A stretch of DNA of 64,000 bases, taken from positions 465 through 64,464 of the forward strand of contig JAGHUL010000041.1 in NCBI GenBank assembly GCA_018064825.1, in the 5' to 3' direction. Shown here piece by piece: positions 9,829 through 20,449 of the stretch. Source of the stretch: Candidatus Colivicinus equi. GTDB taxonomy: Bacteria > Bacillota_I > Bacilli_A > Erysipelotrichales > Erysipelotrichaceae. The stretch's first letter is position 1. Every line of letters begins with the position of its first letter. The position numbers were made by a program, and so were the translations under genes. The notes under the pieces were generated by a model. The model saw only the letters and a list, made by a program, of their open reading frames with translations. It was not told the origin of the DNA and searched no databases.

Positions 9829-10470
9829 CTATAACTCATTAATAATATTGAGAATATCAGATACTTTTTTTATTCTATATTTTGTTTCACAATAATCAGC
9901 TGCATCATTAATGCCTATAGAAACAAATCTGCCTGAGTTTGCCGCATCAATTCCTGTTTTGGCGTCTTCTACTACCACGCAATCATTTGGCTCAAAATTA
10001 AGCTTCTTAGCCGCTAATAAGAACACCTCAGGGTCAGGTTTTGATTTCGTGATTTGTGTTCCATCAGCAATGGCATCAAAACAGTTATCAAGTCCTATTC
10101 TTTCTAAAATATACATCGTATTTTTGCTTGAAGAACCAATCGCTACTTTTATGCCTTTTCGTTTCAATATATACAAGGTTTTTAATACATCACTAGATAC
10201 ACTATTTACATCCATATTCTTCAAAAGATTTCTATAGATATCATTTTTCTTTTTTGCTAATTCTTGTTTTTCTTCTAATGAATATTTCTTCTCAGACTTT
10301 TCAAGAAGGATATCCAATGATTCCATTCTACTAACGCCTTTTAATCTATTATTTATTTCTTTATTAAAAAAGACACCTAGCTCATCAGCTAATTGTTTCC
10401 ATGCTTGATAATGATATTTATCAGTAGAACAAATTACTCCATCTAAATCAAATATAACTGCTTTAATCAT
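9829..10470 (-). CDS. pgmB: Beta-phosphoglucomutase (HAD superfamily)
   Basis: AVIFDLDGVICSTD (DxDG nucleophile motif), LKGVSR, GSSSKN and EDAKTGIDAA. A GH65 phosphorylase lies nearby. Confidence 0.85.
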   Translation of the reverse strand: MIKAVIFDLDGVICSTDKYHYQAWKQLADELGVFFNKEINNRLKGVSRMESLDILLEKSEKKYSLEEKQELAKKKNDIYRNLLKNMDVNSVSSDVLKTLYILKRKGIKVAIGSSSKNTMYILERIGLDNCFDAIADGTQITKSKPDPEVFLLAAKKLNFEPNDCVVVEDAKTGIDAANSGRFVSIGINDAADYCETKYRIKKVSDILNIINEL

Positions 10471-12259
10471 ATACTTTTATAAGATCTAATTGTTTTATAT
10501 CAGCTTTTTTATTCACAAACACCGGTATATTACCATTCATATTTACTAATACTCTTGAATTTCCTTTATACTCTTTTTTATCAAATAAACCTTCCCAATT
10601 TCCTGAAGGTAAATATACTTCTCTTTGTTTCGTATTTTCTTCCAATAGTGGGCATACTAGTAACGCATCCCCAAACATATATTCATCATCAACATTTATT
10701 GTTTCTATATCTGTTGGGTGATCGTATACAAGTGCCCTCATCATAGGTTTATTATTTTCTACACATAGTTTCGCATTGTGTTCAATGTAAGGTCCCAATG
10801 AATTATGAAGTTTATGATAGAACCTCATCTCATCAATAAATTCAGGGCAGTTATATACTTCTGCCATATTCCAAGGAGATCTTTCATTATTTGTTTCATT
10901 ACCACCGCTCATTATTTCTTTGAATTGTCCACCATCAGGCTCTGAATGCCATTGCATAATTGGCGTAAAACAAGCCATCTGTGTAGCTCTTCTATATAAA
11001 TCTAGCGTTGGTAAAGGTCCTGCAAAGCCGGCTAAATCAAAGCCCCAGAAAATCATCCCAGATAATCCCGCAGATAACCCTGCAAGCAAAGCATGCTTTA
11101 ATTCACTGTTTTGAGATTGCTGGTCTCCTGCCCAATGTATTGGCACATTGTGGCTTCCAGCATATGAACTTCTTGAGAATAGAACTCTTTGTTCTCCGAT
11201 GAAATTATGATATGCCTTTGTATAATCCAATGGATATCTATTGCATCCCTCTGTTCCTTTACTTCCATCAGAAAATTTAACTTTATTTGAATAGATGAAT
11301 TCACCTCCATCAGTCTTAAATCCATCTACACCAATATCAAGTAAATATTGTCTTGAACCAAACCAATGCTTAATTGTTTCGTTATTTGTAAAATCTGGAA
11401 TTAATGAACCTGAGAACCAATGACCTTCTGGTATTTCATATGCAGATTCATCACTGTTCATTACACATAATCTATTCTTAACAACAAATTTTTTATCTAA
11501 ATCATTTTGTTTATTTATTACCTCATCACTACCCTGTTTCTTATATACAGGTACTTGCCACAATAAAAGATGAAGCCCGGCTTTATGAAATTCTTCTATC
11601 ATCTCTTTTGGATTTGGCCAAACAGAATTGCTAAAATCAAAATCATTATAAGAGAATGCTTCATTGTTTTCTTTTTCTTTATACTTAGCACCATTAAAGA
11701 TATAAAATGTCGCTTCATCAGACCAAGCCTCTAGCACAATTACTGATGCAGGAAAATCATATCTTTTTAATTTATCAATTTGTTCTAAAGCTTCTTTTTG
11801 ATTATTCCACCTATTAGCTGAAATCCATGTTCCAAACGCCCATGATGGCGGAAGCACAGCCTTCTTAAACAAAGACATGTATTCACTTATTATCGCTTTT
11901 GGTTCTCCAGTGAATACTACAATATTTGTATTTATATTTAATGAAACCACAATACCATCATTACCAAATTTAAATGAAGTAATTTCATTAGTATCTAAAT
12001 ATAAACCGAATCCGGTATCAGTAAAGAAAAATGGATTTGGTGCATATGTTTTGTCATTTTGAAAACAAAATTGTTCTTGAACTTTGTTTATTACTTCATT
12101 GCCTTTTTGATTGATTGTGTTATATTTCTCACCAAAACCAAAAGCACCATTATATGATAATTCAATTAACAGATTACCATCTTGATAATAAATATTTGCA
12201 TTGGTCCTTGGGCACACAAAAGACTCTTTTGTAGTTTCATTGAATATTATCTTTTTCAT
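10463..12259 (-). CDS. Glycoside hydrolase family 31 (alpha-glucosidase/alpha-xylosidase type)
   Basis: VDGFKTDGGE (nucleophile Asp region) and HWAGDQQS motifs. Length is 598 aa. Confidence 0.85.
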   Translation of the reverse strand: MKKIIFNETTKESFVCPRTNANIYYQDGNLLIELSYNGAFGFGEKYNTINQKGNEVINKVQEQFCFQNDKTYAPNPFFFTDTGFGLYLDTNEITSFKFGNDGIVVSLNINTNIVVFTGEPKAIISEYMSLFKKAVLPPSWAFGTWISANRWNNQKEALEQIDKLKRYDFPASVIVLEAWSDEATFYIFNGAKYKEKENNEAFSYNDFDFSNSVWPNPKEMIEEFHKAGLHLLLWQVPVYKKQGSDEVINKQNDLDKKFVVKNRLCVMNSDESAYEIPEGHWFSGSLIPDFTNNETIKHWFGSRQYLLDIGVDGFKTDGGEFIYSNKVKFSDGSKGTEGCNRYPLDYTKAYHNFIGEQRVLFSRSSYAGSHNVPIHWAGDQQSQNSELKHALLAGLSAGLSGMIFWGFDLAGFAGPLPTLDLYRRATQMACFTPIMQWHSEPDGGQFKEIMSGGNETNNERSPWNMAEVYNCPEFIDEMRFYHKLHNSLGPYIEHNAKLCVENNKPMMRALVYDHPTDIETINVDDEYMFGDALLVCPLLEENTKQREVYLPSGNWEGLFDKKEYKGNSRVLVNMNGNIPVFVNKKADIKQLDLIKVYD

Positions 12260-13083
12260 TATCCTTTAATGCCTCCAGACATCATTCCGTTTTGGAAATA
12301 TTTCTGAGCAAATATATAGATGATGATAATTGGAATCATTGATATTAATGAACCAGCCATTAATACGTTGTATTCTGTTGCGAATTGACCATTTAATGTA
12401 GATAAAGCAATTGGTAGTGTCATTTTAGATTTATCCGTCAACATCAATAATGGCCATAAATAATCATTCCACGACTCCATAAATGTCGTTACAGCTAGTG
12501 TCGCAAGAGTTGGCGCACATAATGGTAATGCAATTTTGAAATACACTGTAAAGATTGATGCGCCATCCATACGTGCAGCATCTAAATAATCATTAGGAAT
12601 GACCTTCATTTGTTGAACTAGCAAGAACGTCGCGAATGGTCTAAAGATACTTGGCAAGATTACGCTTGCGTAGCTATTTATCAAATGCAACTTATTCATT
12701 ACAACAAACAAAGGAATTATTGTTACTTGTGTTGGTATCATCATTGTAGCCAAGAATATCTTTAACAATACATTTGATCCCTTGAAGTTTATCTTAGCAA
12801 AGGCAAAGGCTGCCATTGATGCAGAAATAAGTGTAATTACTGTATAAGTTACTGAAATAAATAATGAGTTAGCTATTGTCTTAGAAAAAGGAAACTTAGA
12901 GAATACTTTTTCATATGCAGCAAGTGAAGGTTCTTTTGGAATCCATTCAATTGGTATAGACATCAATGCTCCACGAGATTTTAATGAAGTTGATATCATC
13001 CACAAAAAAGGAATCAGTGAAATTACTGCCAAAACAATACCCACAACATAATATAGAGTTATTCCTATCTTCTTCTTATTCAT
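12259..13083 (-). CDS. Carbohydrate ABC transporter permease (MalG-like)
   Basis: Six TM segments and an EAA-type loop (DAARMDGASIFTVYFKIALP). Confidence 0.9.
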   Translation of the reverse strand: MNKKKIGITLYYVVGIVLAVISLIPFLWMISTSLKSRGALMSIPIEWIPKEPSLAAYEKVFSKFPFSKTIANSLFISVTYTVITLISASMAAFAFAKINFKGSNVLLKIFLATMMIPTQVTIIPLFVVMNKLHLINSYASVILPSIFRPFATFLLVQQMKVIPNDYLDAARMDGASIFTVYFKIALPLCAPTLATLAVTTFMESWNDYLWPLLMLTDKSKMTLPIALSTLNGQFATEYNVLMAGSLISMIPIIIIYIFAQKYFQNGMMSGGIKG

Positions 13084-14005
13084 CGTAATTCACCCATTTA
13101 TTTTGACCACGTAATTGTATAGCTGTGCATATCATAATGATGATAAACAATATCCAAGAGAATGCTGAAGCATAGCCCATCTTGAAGTATCTAAAGCCAT
13201 AATTATAGATTCTTTCTACCATAACTTGAGTAGCTCCATTTGGTCCACCTTGTGTCATAATCATAATTTGTGGGAACAATTGGAAAGAGTTAATTAAACT
13301 TACAATAAGTACATAAAATATTGATGGAGTTAGCAAAGGCAAAGTGATGTGAATAAATCTTTGAAAAGCATTCGCGCCATCAATCTCAGCTGCTTCATAA
13401 TAACTTTGATTAATTCCTACCATACCAGATAGAAGAATCAAACCAAAAAAGCCCATATCTTTCCATACAGAAACAAGAACTATTGCAGGCATTGCCCATT
13501 TTTCATCTAGAAGCCAACCTGGGCCTTCTATTCCAAACATTGCAAGTATTCCATTCATTGCACCATATTGTGGAGACAATATAGATTTCCATATAAGTGA
13601 TGCTGCGATCCAAGAAGTTAGGACTGGAATGTAATATACAATTCTAAAAGCAGTGACACCTTTTCTTTGTTTAGATAGTAAAGAAGCAACTGCCAAAGAA
13701 ACTGTGAGCATTAACGGAATATACAAAACTATAAACTTCATAGTATTTCCTAGAACTTTATAAAATTCATCGGATGTTAATATATCTTTGTAATTTTGTA
13801 TACCAATAAAATGGTTCTCCATAAATCCTGGAGCAAATAATCTATCTAGTCCATTCCAATCAGTCAATGACAAAAGAATTGAAACAATCATTGGAGCAAG
13901 ATAAAAAACAGCAAGTCCAATAAGTGATGCAACTAAAAATGGAGATGCAACAAGCAAACTATCTTTGTTAGTATTTCTTTTTTCTGAAGGTTTTCTATTT
14001 TTCAT
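13076..14005 (-). CDS. Carbohydrate ABC transporter permease (MalF-like)
   Basis: EAA loop EAAEIDGANAFQRFIHITLP. It overlaps the downstream permease by 8 nt. Confidence 0.9.
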   Translation of the reverse strand: MKNRKPSEKRNTNKDSLLVASPFLVASLIGLAVFYLAPMIVSILLSLTDWNGLDRLFAPGFMENHFIGIQNYKDILTSDEFYKVLGNTMKFIVLYIPLMLTVSLAVASLLSKQRKGVTAFRIVYYIPVLTSWIAASLIWKSILSPQYGAMNGILAMFGIEGPGWLLDEKWAMPAIVLVSVWKDMGFFGLILLSGMVGINQSYYEAAEIDGANAFQRFIHITLPLLTPSIFYVLIVSLINSFQLFPQIMIMTQGGPNGATQVMVERIYNYGFRYFKMGYASAFSWILFIIIMICTAIQLRGQNKWVNYDE

Positions 14006-14067
14006 AATTAATTTGATATTGGAAGGAGTCTATGTGACTCCTTCCCGAGAAAAAACTTTTATCTGTT

Positions 14068-15321
14068 CTATTTTAATTTGATTTGTGCAACACAATCAGC
14101 TTGAGCAGCATCTAAAGCTTCCTTACAAGTCATAGTGCCATCAGCAGCAGCTGCTAGATAATTGTTGATGATATCACTCATTAATGCATAATCTTCAATT
14201 ACTGGAGGCATTACCAAGTAATTTAAGCTTTCAAATACAGCGTTACGATTAGCAGGTGGAGTGATTTCTAAGTATGCTGATAAAGCATTCATATCTTTTA
14301 ATGCAGGAAGATCCCAACCAGCTTCTAATCTAATGTCAGCTGATTCAGTTGAAGCTGTTAACCATGCTAACCATTTTGAAACTTCTTCAGCATGTTCTGT
14401 TTCAGGATTCATAACTACACAGTTAGAGAAGAAGTGAGTAGCTTTTGCATCTTGGCCTGGTTCAACTACGATATCCCAATCAAAGTCACATCCATCAGTG
14501 AATGAACCAAACGCCCAAATTCCTGTAGGAATCATGCCTAATTTACCAGACATGAACCAATCCCAGTCGCCCATACCACCTTGTTGTACAGTGTTAGGTT
14601 GAACATTAGAAACTAATACTCTGTCAACTAATGATTGAGCAGCTTTTAAGTTAGCTTCTGAATTAATAGTGAATTCAGTCTTATCTTCATTTAATAAAGA
14701 GCCACCGTATTGAGCAACAACTTTAAAGAATTCGTTATAAGTAATAGGTTGCCAAATGCCGAAGATATCATCGCCTAAAGCACTGATAGCTTCACAAGCA
14801 GCTTGTTGGTCTTCTCTTGTCCAATCGTTTGTTGGATAAGCAACACCAGCTTTATCAAATAAGTCTTTGTTATAAATTAATACAACGTTAGAGAAACTTT
14901 CTGGTAAACCGTATTGTTTGCCGTTTACGTTGAAAGCATTTAATGCAGTAGTATTTAAACCACTAACATCAGCACCAGTAATCTCACCTAATAATCCTTT
15001 GTTTGCATAAGCAGCAAAGTTCTCAATGTTAAGTTCATAACAATCAGGAGCTGTACCACCAGCAACTCTAGTTTGCATTTGTGTGAAATAATCGTCATAA
15101 CCGATTGTTTCTACTTCAACTTTTATTCCAGGGTTAGCAGCTTCGAAAGCAGCAACCATCTTTGCAAGAGTTTCCTCATTACCGCCTGAAGAGTTGAAGT
15201 TTGAATAAGTAATTGTAACAGGTTCGTTGTCAACAGTTGGTTCTTCTGTCTTGCTACCACATGCTGTTAAGCATAATAGAGCAGCCATTAAACATACTAT
15301 TAACGAAAAAGCTTTTTTCAT
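14068..15321 (-). CDS. Sugar ABC transporter substrate-binding lipoprotein
   Basis: Signal peptide with lipobox LTACG. It has a 417-aa family-1 SBP-like composition. Confidence 0.9.
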   Translation of the reverse strand: MKKAFSLIVCLMAALLCLTACGSKTEEPTVDNEPVTITYSNFNSSGGNEETLAKMVAAFEAANPGIKVEVETIGYDDYFTQMQTRVAGGTAPDCYELNIENFAAYANKGLLGEITGADVSGLNTTALNAFNVNGKQYGLPESFSNVVLIYNKDLFDKAGVAYPTNDWTREDQQAACEAISALGDDIFGIWQPITYNEFFKVVAQYGGSLLNEDKTEFTINSEANLKAAQSLVDRVLVSNVQPNTVQQGGMGDWDWFMSGKLGMIPTGIWAFGSFTDGCDFDWDIVVEPGQDAKATHFFSNCVVMNPETEHAEEVSKWLAWLTASTESADIRLEAGWDLPALKDMNALSAYLEITPPANRNAVFESLNYLVMPPVIEDYALMSDIINNYLAAAADGTMTCKEALDAAQADCVAQIKLK

Positions 15322-15449
15322 TCAGTATTTCCCTCCTATGGTTTTGAATGTTTAACTCTTTTCGTATTAAAATAAGGATAACGAAAAGGTCGTTCTTGAT
15401 GTTTTCGCCATAAGCTCGTTTTGGTTTGAGTCCCTACGGGCTTATTTTT

Positions 15450-16472
15450 TTACATCATTTTTTTAACCGAGTCACGCTCGATTATTTGCAAAGGCAATAT
15501 CTCTTCTTGCTTACTGAGATCTGGATTTTTTATATGTTTAAGCAGTAGTTCAACTGCCTTTTGCCCTTTTAAAGATATCTCTTGTTTGATTGTCGTTAAT
15601 CCTGGAGTCAAGTATTGTGATATCTCCAAGTTATCAAACCCAATCAATGAAATATCGTCTGGAACTTTTAGCCCAGCTTCATAGATACTTTTCAAAGCAC
15701 CTATCGCTAGTATATCCGCAGCACACGCGATTGCCGTTACAGGATATTTCTTATTAATCAATTTGTCAGCCATCTTAACTCCACTGTCATAATCAATTTG
15801 GCCTTCAAATACATATTCGTCTTTATATTCAATGTTATATTCTTGCAAAGCTTGCTTATAGCCTTGAAGTCTTTTGTTCATAACGCCTTTTTCTTTAAGT
15901 TGTCCCGCAAAGAACGCAATCTCTTTATGCCCTTTATTTAATAAATAAGTTGTTGCAAGATATGATCCATATGCATCATCTATTCTTATATTGTCGTAAT
16001 AGTGATCATTTGTATAAGAATCTATTAACACAATAGGTATTTGTGTTTTTTTCATTTGAGAATAGAACTCATCTGGATACATACCAATTACTATGATTCC
16101 ATCTAAGTTTCTTTTCTTTGCTAGAGTTAAATATGATTCATTTGCATTTGTTGCAGAGATAATAACGTGATATCCATTTTGTCTAGCATAATATTCTATA
16201 GAGCCTAACACTTCAGAATAGAAATTGTTTTGGAACATTAAGCGATCATTCTTTTCGGTTTGAGGAACAACCACTCCTATCAGTTTTGAGTCTCTAGTTG
16301 ATAAGCTCTGAGCATTCAAGTCTGGAACATAGTCAAGCTTTTCTATGGCATCAAATACTCTCTTTTTAGTTTCTTCGGAGATAGTCCTCTTTCCGCTTAA
16401 AGCATAAGAAACAGCAGCGGATGATACTCCTGCCATTTTTGCTACATCTTTTAACGTTGTTTTAGTAACCAT
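15450..16472 (-). CDS. LacI-family transcriptional regulator
   Basis: N-terminal TLKDVAKMAGVSSAAVSYAL HTH plus a periplasmic-binding-fold C-terminal domain. Confidence 0.9.
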   Translation of the reverse strand: MVTKTTLKDVAKMAGVSSAAVSYALSGKRTISEETKKRVFDAIEKLDYVPDLNAQSLSTRDSKLIGVVVPQTEKNDRLMFQNNFYSEVLGSIEYYARQNGYHVIISATNANESYLTLAKKRNLDGIIVIGMYPDEFYSQMKKTQIPIVLIDSYTNDHYYDNIRIDDAYGSYLATTYLLNKGHKEIAFFAGQLKEKGVMNKRLQGYKQALQEYNIEYKDEYVFEGQIDYDSGVKMADKLINKKYPVTAIACAADILAIGALKSIYEAGLKVPDDISLIGFDNLEISQYLTPGLTTIKQEISLKGQKAVELLLKHIKNPDLSKQEEILPLQIIERDSVKKMM

Positions 16473-16484
16473 TTCGTCCTCTTT

Positions 16485-16500
16485 GTTTAAGCGTTTAAAC
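16485..16500. promoter_or_regulatory. LacI-type operator 1 (GTTTAAGCGTTTAAAC)
   Basis: 16-bp CG-centred palindrome with one mismatch, 13 nt upstream of the lacI-family start. A near-identical copy lies at 16604. Confidence 0.5.
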
Positions 16501-16603
16501 TAATTTATAATTCAAATATATACATTTTTTAATCCTAAGTCAATAGAAAACCCTTACATTATTGTTAAAAGCATTATTTTTTGTTATATTATATCTATAA
16601 ATA

Positions 16604-16619
16604 GTTTAATCGTTTAAAC
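16604..16619. promoter_or_regulatory. LacI-type operator 2 (GTTTAATCGTTTAAAC)
   Basis: Second copy of the same CG-centred palindrome, 18 nt upstream of the 16637 start codon. Confidence 0.5.
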
Positions 16620-16636
16620 ACTTTGAGGTCAATTAT

Positions 16637-18406
16637 ATGAAAAAATACGTTCCTACAGGCAATGAAATGGTTTCTTTACCAACAATTAACGAAGATAACG
16701 GCAATATTGAATCAATTAGTTTTTTATCTATGACTCAAAAGGGAATGATAGAGCTTAAAGGAGAAGAATCACCTTTATTTGAACCATATATTAGTCTTGA
16801 ACTCAATAATTCATTATTTAAAAGAGACAACTATTGGATTCCCGTAAGAGAAGCTAATAACAATGACTTTATATATAAATGCACCTATTTAACTCCAGTT
16901 AAGGAAAGAGGTTTTATTATTCATTATGAATTAACTGCAAACAAAGATCTTTCATTTACATGGGGACTTAAAGGAAAACTAGCACATATATTGCATTCTG
17001 TTAATGAAGTCAAAGAGTTTGAAGGAAACTTGCGTTGTTATGAATCTGGATGGAACTATTCCATCATCATTGACTATATGCTCGGTAGTCCGCTCTTTTC
17101 TCTAGCGCCAATGACGTCTTCTAAAACAAAAACAACATATAAATTAGAAAATAATATTATTGATTTCAACATCAGCCAAGAAGTTAATGCAAAGAAAGGC
17201 GAAACAAAATCTTTAGATATTTTTTGGGGCTTAGGTTTTGAAGAAGTAGCAGCTGCAACAAGCGCAAAAGAAATGTTAAGAAGAACATATGAATACGAAT
17301 ATAGAAAAACATCTAATTATCTAAATGAAAGAATCAAAGATTTAGGAAACGATATTTATAACGTAATATACAACACTAATCTATTCTTTTGCCTTTTCTA
17401 TTCGACAGGCATTACTTATGATACAGAAGAAGTAATTTGTGCAACATCAAGAAGCTCAAGATATTATGTCTCTGCAGCATATTGGGATAGAGATACAATG
17501 CTATGGTCTTTCCCTACTGTACTAGACACTGATACTAAGTTAGCGAAATCTATTCTCGAATATATTTATACAAGGCAATCGAAAAACATTGGTGTTCATT
17601 CAAGATATATCGATGGTACCGTTCTTGAACCGGGATTTGAATTAGATGAACTAGTTGCACCAATAATCGCATTAAACAATTACTATATCAAAACAGACGA
17701 TAAAGAATTAATAAATGAAAGATTCGTTACAAAAACAATCGAAAATATCCTTGAGCAATTGAAAGAAGCAAAGCATCCACAAGTTGAGTTATATGAAACA
17801 TTCCTTCAACCAACCGACGATGAAAGAGTATATCCATATATCACTTATGACAATATGCTTGTATATTTAGCATTTAATGCTCTAGCGAACTTATATCCTG
17901 ATAAATATAGCTGTCTTGCTTTAGAAGCAGAAAAAGTTAAAAAAGCAATAATGGATAATTGCGTATTTGAAAATAGCAATGGTAAATACTTTGGTTGGTC
18001 TGTCGATTTAGAAGGCAATCACGATATTTATGATGAGCCTCCTGGATCATTACAATTGCTTGCATACTACGGTTTTGTAGAAAGCGATAACGAAATCTGG
18101 AATAATACCGTGAATATGATTAGATCAAAAGACTATAAATATTCATTCAATGAATGCAATATAAGTGAGATTGGATGTCCACACGCTCCTCATCCTTGGA
18201 TATTAAGTTTATGCAATTCATTACTTTCAGGACATAAAGATATGGCACTTGAAGAATTAAAGTATTTGAAGATGGATAACGGCATTGCATGTGAAAGTGT
18301 GGATGAAAACACCGGAGAGTCTACAACTGGTGAAGCTTTTGCGACATGCGCGGGTTTCTTGTGCCATTCAATGTTAGTAGCAATAAGAGGTAACAACAAT
18401 GAGTAA
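16637..18406 (+). CDS. Uncharacterised (alpha/alpha)6 six-hairpin-glycosidase-like protein
   Basis: 589 aa. The AAYWDRDTMLW motif resembles the Y-x-W-x-RD motif of GH15/GH63/GH125-type barrels. It overlaps the GH65 gene by 8 nt. Family assignment is not secure. Confidence 0.4.
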   Translation: MKKYVPTGNEMVSLPTINEDNGNIESISFLSMTQKGMIELKGEESPLFEPYISLELNNSLFKRDNYWIPVREANNNDFIYKCTYLTPVKERGFIIHYELTANKDLSFTWGLKGKLAHILHSVNEVKEFEGNLRCYESGWNYSIIIDYMLGSPLFSLAPMTSSKTKTTYKLENNIIDFNISQEVNAKKGETKSLDIFWGLGFEEVAAATSAKEMLRRTYEYEYRKTSNYLNERIKDLGNDIYNVIYNTNLFFCLFYSTGITYDTEEVICATSRSSRYYVSAAYWDRDTMLWSFPTVLDTDTKLAKSILEYIYTRQSKNIGVHSRYIDGTVLEPGFELDELVAPIIALNNYYIKTDDKELINERFVTKTIENILEQLKEAKHPQVELYETFLQPTDDERVYPYITYDNMLVYLAFNALANLYPDKYSCLALEAEKVKKAIMDNCVFENSNGKYFGWSVDLEGNHDIYDEPPGSLQLLAYYGFVESDNEIWNNTVNMIRSKDYKYSFNECNISEIGCPHAPHPWILSLCNSLLSGHKDMALEELKYLKMDNGIACESVDENTGESTTGEAFATCAGFLCHSMLVAIRGNNNE

Positions 18407-20408
18407 ATTAAATCTAGATGGTTATACTATCTCTTCAATTAATTCATCAATGATAGATAAATTTGATGAAAGTATTTTCTTCATTGGAAACGGAAGAGTT
18501 GGTTCAAGAGGATACCTTCCCTTTGAAAGCGAGATGAGAAAGATTGATTGTGGCCTTTTTATGCAAGGAATGTTTGCAGAAATCAAAAACGGAATCACAG
18601 ATATTGTTAATTTGCCTACACCTATCTACCAACAAATTTACATCGATGGAATAAAAGCTGTTTTATCATCAAACATTAAAAAAACTTTATCAATGGATAA
18701 AGGATTGCTTTCTTATGAATTATCAATGACTGCAAATAATAAAACAATAGACATCAAATATGAAAGATTTTTTTCACACACAAATGCTGCGCTTATTCTT
18801 CAAAGAACAACAGTATCTTGTAAAGAAAAAGCCGAAATAACTATTGAGACCGGAATCTTCACAGGAAGTGTAAATTGCCCTGTTCCAGACGATCAAGTTA
18901 AAGATAATTTAGAAACAATTAATCTAACAAAATTAACAAATAACGAAATAGTAAATAATGGCTTTAAGTGTTCGTTTAAACTTGCGGGTTGCAATTTAAC
19001 TATGATTCAAAAATTATTATTTAATTCAATAGAATTTACTCAAGATTCATATAACGTTGAAGATGATAGCGTTGTTATTAAAGTTAAAACCACATTAGAT
19101 AATTCTTCAGCAACATTAGACTCATGCGATGTCATAACAACAAGTAGAGATGTCGACAATAGAATTATTGACATTGATGAATTCGATTACGACGTTATTA
19201 AAAAACAAGAACACGATTTTTGGAATGAAAAATGGAATATGTGCGACATCAAATACTTTGAAGATGACGAAAAACAATGCGCATTAAGATTTAATATGTT
19301 CCAGTTAATAAATAACTGCAATTCAAATGATCCAACAGTCTCAATCGGGGCGAGAGGTCTTACACATTCGAGATATAAAGGATGTTATTTCTGGGACACA
19401 GATTTATTTATGCTTCCTTTTTTCTTAGATACAGATATTAGAGCTGCTAAATCATTATGCGACTATCGTGTAAACTGCCTTGAAGCAGCCAAAAAACATT
19501 CAAAAGAGATGACCACAAAAGGAGCTAGATATCCTTGGATGGCTGCCCTAGATGGAAGTGAACAATGTGAAACGTGGGATATTGGTTGTAGTGAAATCCA
19601 TGTAACAGCTGATGTCGTATATGCATTAAATAAATATTATGAAAAGACAAAAGACGAAGATTATTATATAAACAAACTAGCTGAAGTGTATATTGAAACA
19701 GCTAGATTTTGGATGTCTAGATATTCATACAATCAAAAAGAAAATGAATATAATTTGTTATTCGTAAAAGGTCCTGATGAATATTGTGGTGTAAGCTCTA
19801 ATAATCTTTTTACAAATATTATGGCCAAACACAATTTGAAACTCGCCATAGAAGCGTCCGAAAAGATTAAAACGCTAAACACCAAACTATATGAAAAATT
19901 AAATATTAGTGATGATGAAATAAATGATTGGAAGAAACTTGTTGATTGTATTAAAACTCCTAGAGATCCATATACAGGAAGAATTACAACTGATGATAAT
20001 TTCCACTTACTTGAAGAAGTAGATATCAACAAGATTAAGAAAAGTTTTAAAGCATCATATCACGATGTATCATTCGATAGATTGCAAAGATATAAAGTAG
20101 TAAAACAAGCAGATGTGTTGCTTCTAATGACAAGATTCCCAGAATTATTTTCTGAACAAGAAAAACTTGATGCCTGGAATGATTTCGAACCTATATGTCT
20201 TCATGATTCAACATTAAGTTTTGCATCACACGCTTTATTTGCGGCTCAAAACAATATATTTGATAAAGCGAAAGATTATCTTGAAAAAGCATTATTTATC
20301 GATTTAAAAAACGTCATGGAAAACACGGGTAAAGAAGGTTTACATCTAGCTTCAATGGGTGAAACGATTAATGCAGTAAAAGCTTTGATAGCAAACAATT
20401 GTGATTAA
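18399..20408 (+). CDS. Glycoside hydrolase family 65 alpha-glucoside phosphorylase
   Basis: GH65 motifs are present: YKGCYFWDTDLFMLPFF and CSEIHVTADVVYA (general-acid Glu). So are VKQADVLLL, HDSTLSFASHA and GLHLASMG (phosphate-site regions). Confidence 0.85.
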   Translation: MSKLNLDGYTISSINSSMIDKFDESIFFIGNGRVGSRGYLPFESEMRKIDCGLFMQGMFAEIKNGITDIVNLPTPIYQQIYIDGIKAVLSSNIKKTLSMDKGLLSYELSMTANNKTIDIKYERFFSHTNAALILQRTTVSCKEKAEITIETGIFTGSVNCPVPDDQVKDNLETINLTKLTNNEIVNNGFKCSFKLAGCNLTMIQKLLFNSIEFTQDSYNVEDDSVVIKVKTTLDNSSATLDSCDVITTSRDVDNRIIDIDEFDYDVIKKQEHDFWNEKWNMCDIKYFEDDEKQCALRFNMFQLINNCNSNDPTVSIGARGLTHSRYKGCYFWDTDLFMLPFFLDTDIRAAKSLCDYRVNCLEAAKKHSKEMTTKGARYPWMAALDGSEQCETWDIGCSEIHVTADVVYALNKYYEKTKDEDYYINKLAEVYIETARFWMSRYSYNQKENEYNLLFVKGPDEYCGVSSNNLFTNIMAKHNLKLAIEASEKIKTLNTKLYEKLNISDDEINDWKKLVDCIKTPRDPYTGRITTDDNFHLLEEVDINKIKKSFKASYHDVSFDRLQRYKVVKQADVLLLMTRFPELFSEQEKLDAWNDFEPICLHDSTLSFASHALFAAQNNIFDKAKDYLEKALFIDLKNVMENTGKEGLHLASMGETINAVKALIANNCD

Positions 20409-20449
20409 TTTTAGATAATTCAACAATAGTTGACTAGTTCAATATGCGC

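Noticed and set aside
15322-15449. Possible riboswitch or terminator structure in the gap between lacI and the SBP gene
   Set aside because: Only short, imperfect stems were found, and the T-run is oriented for the plus strand where no gene ends. No known riboswitch core was recognised.
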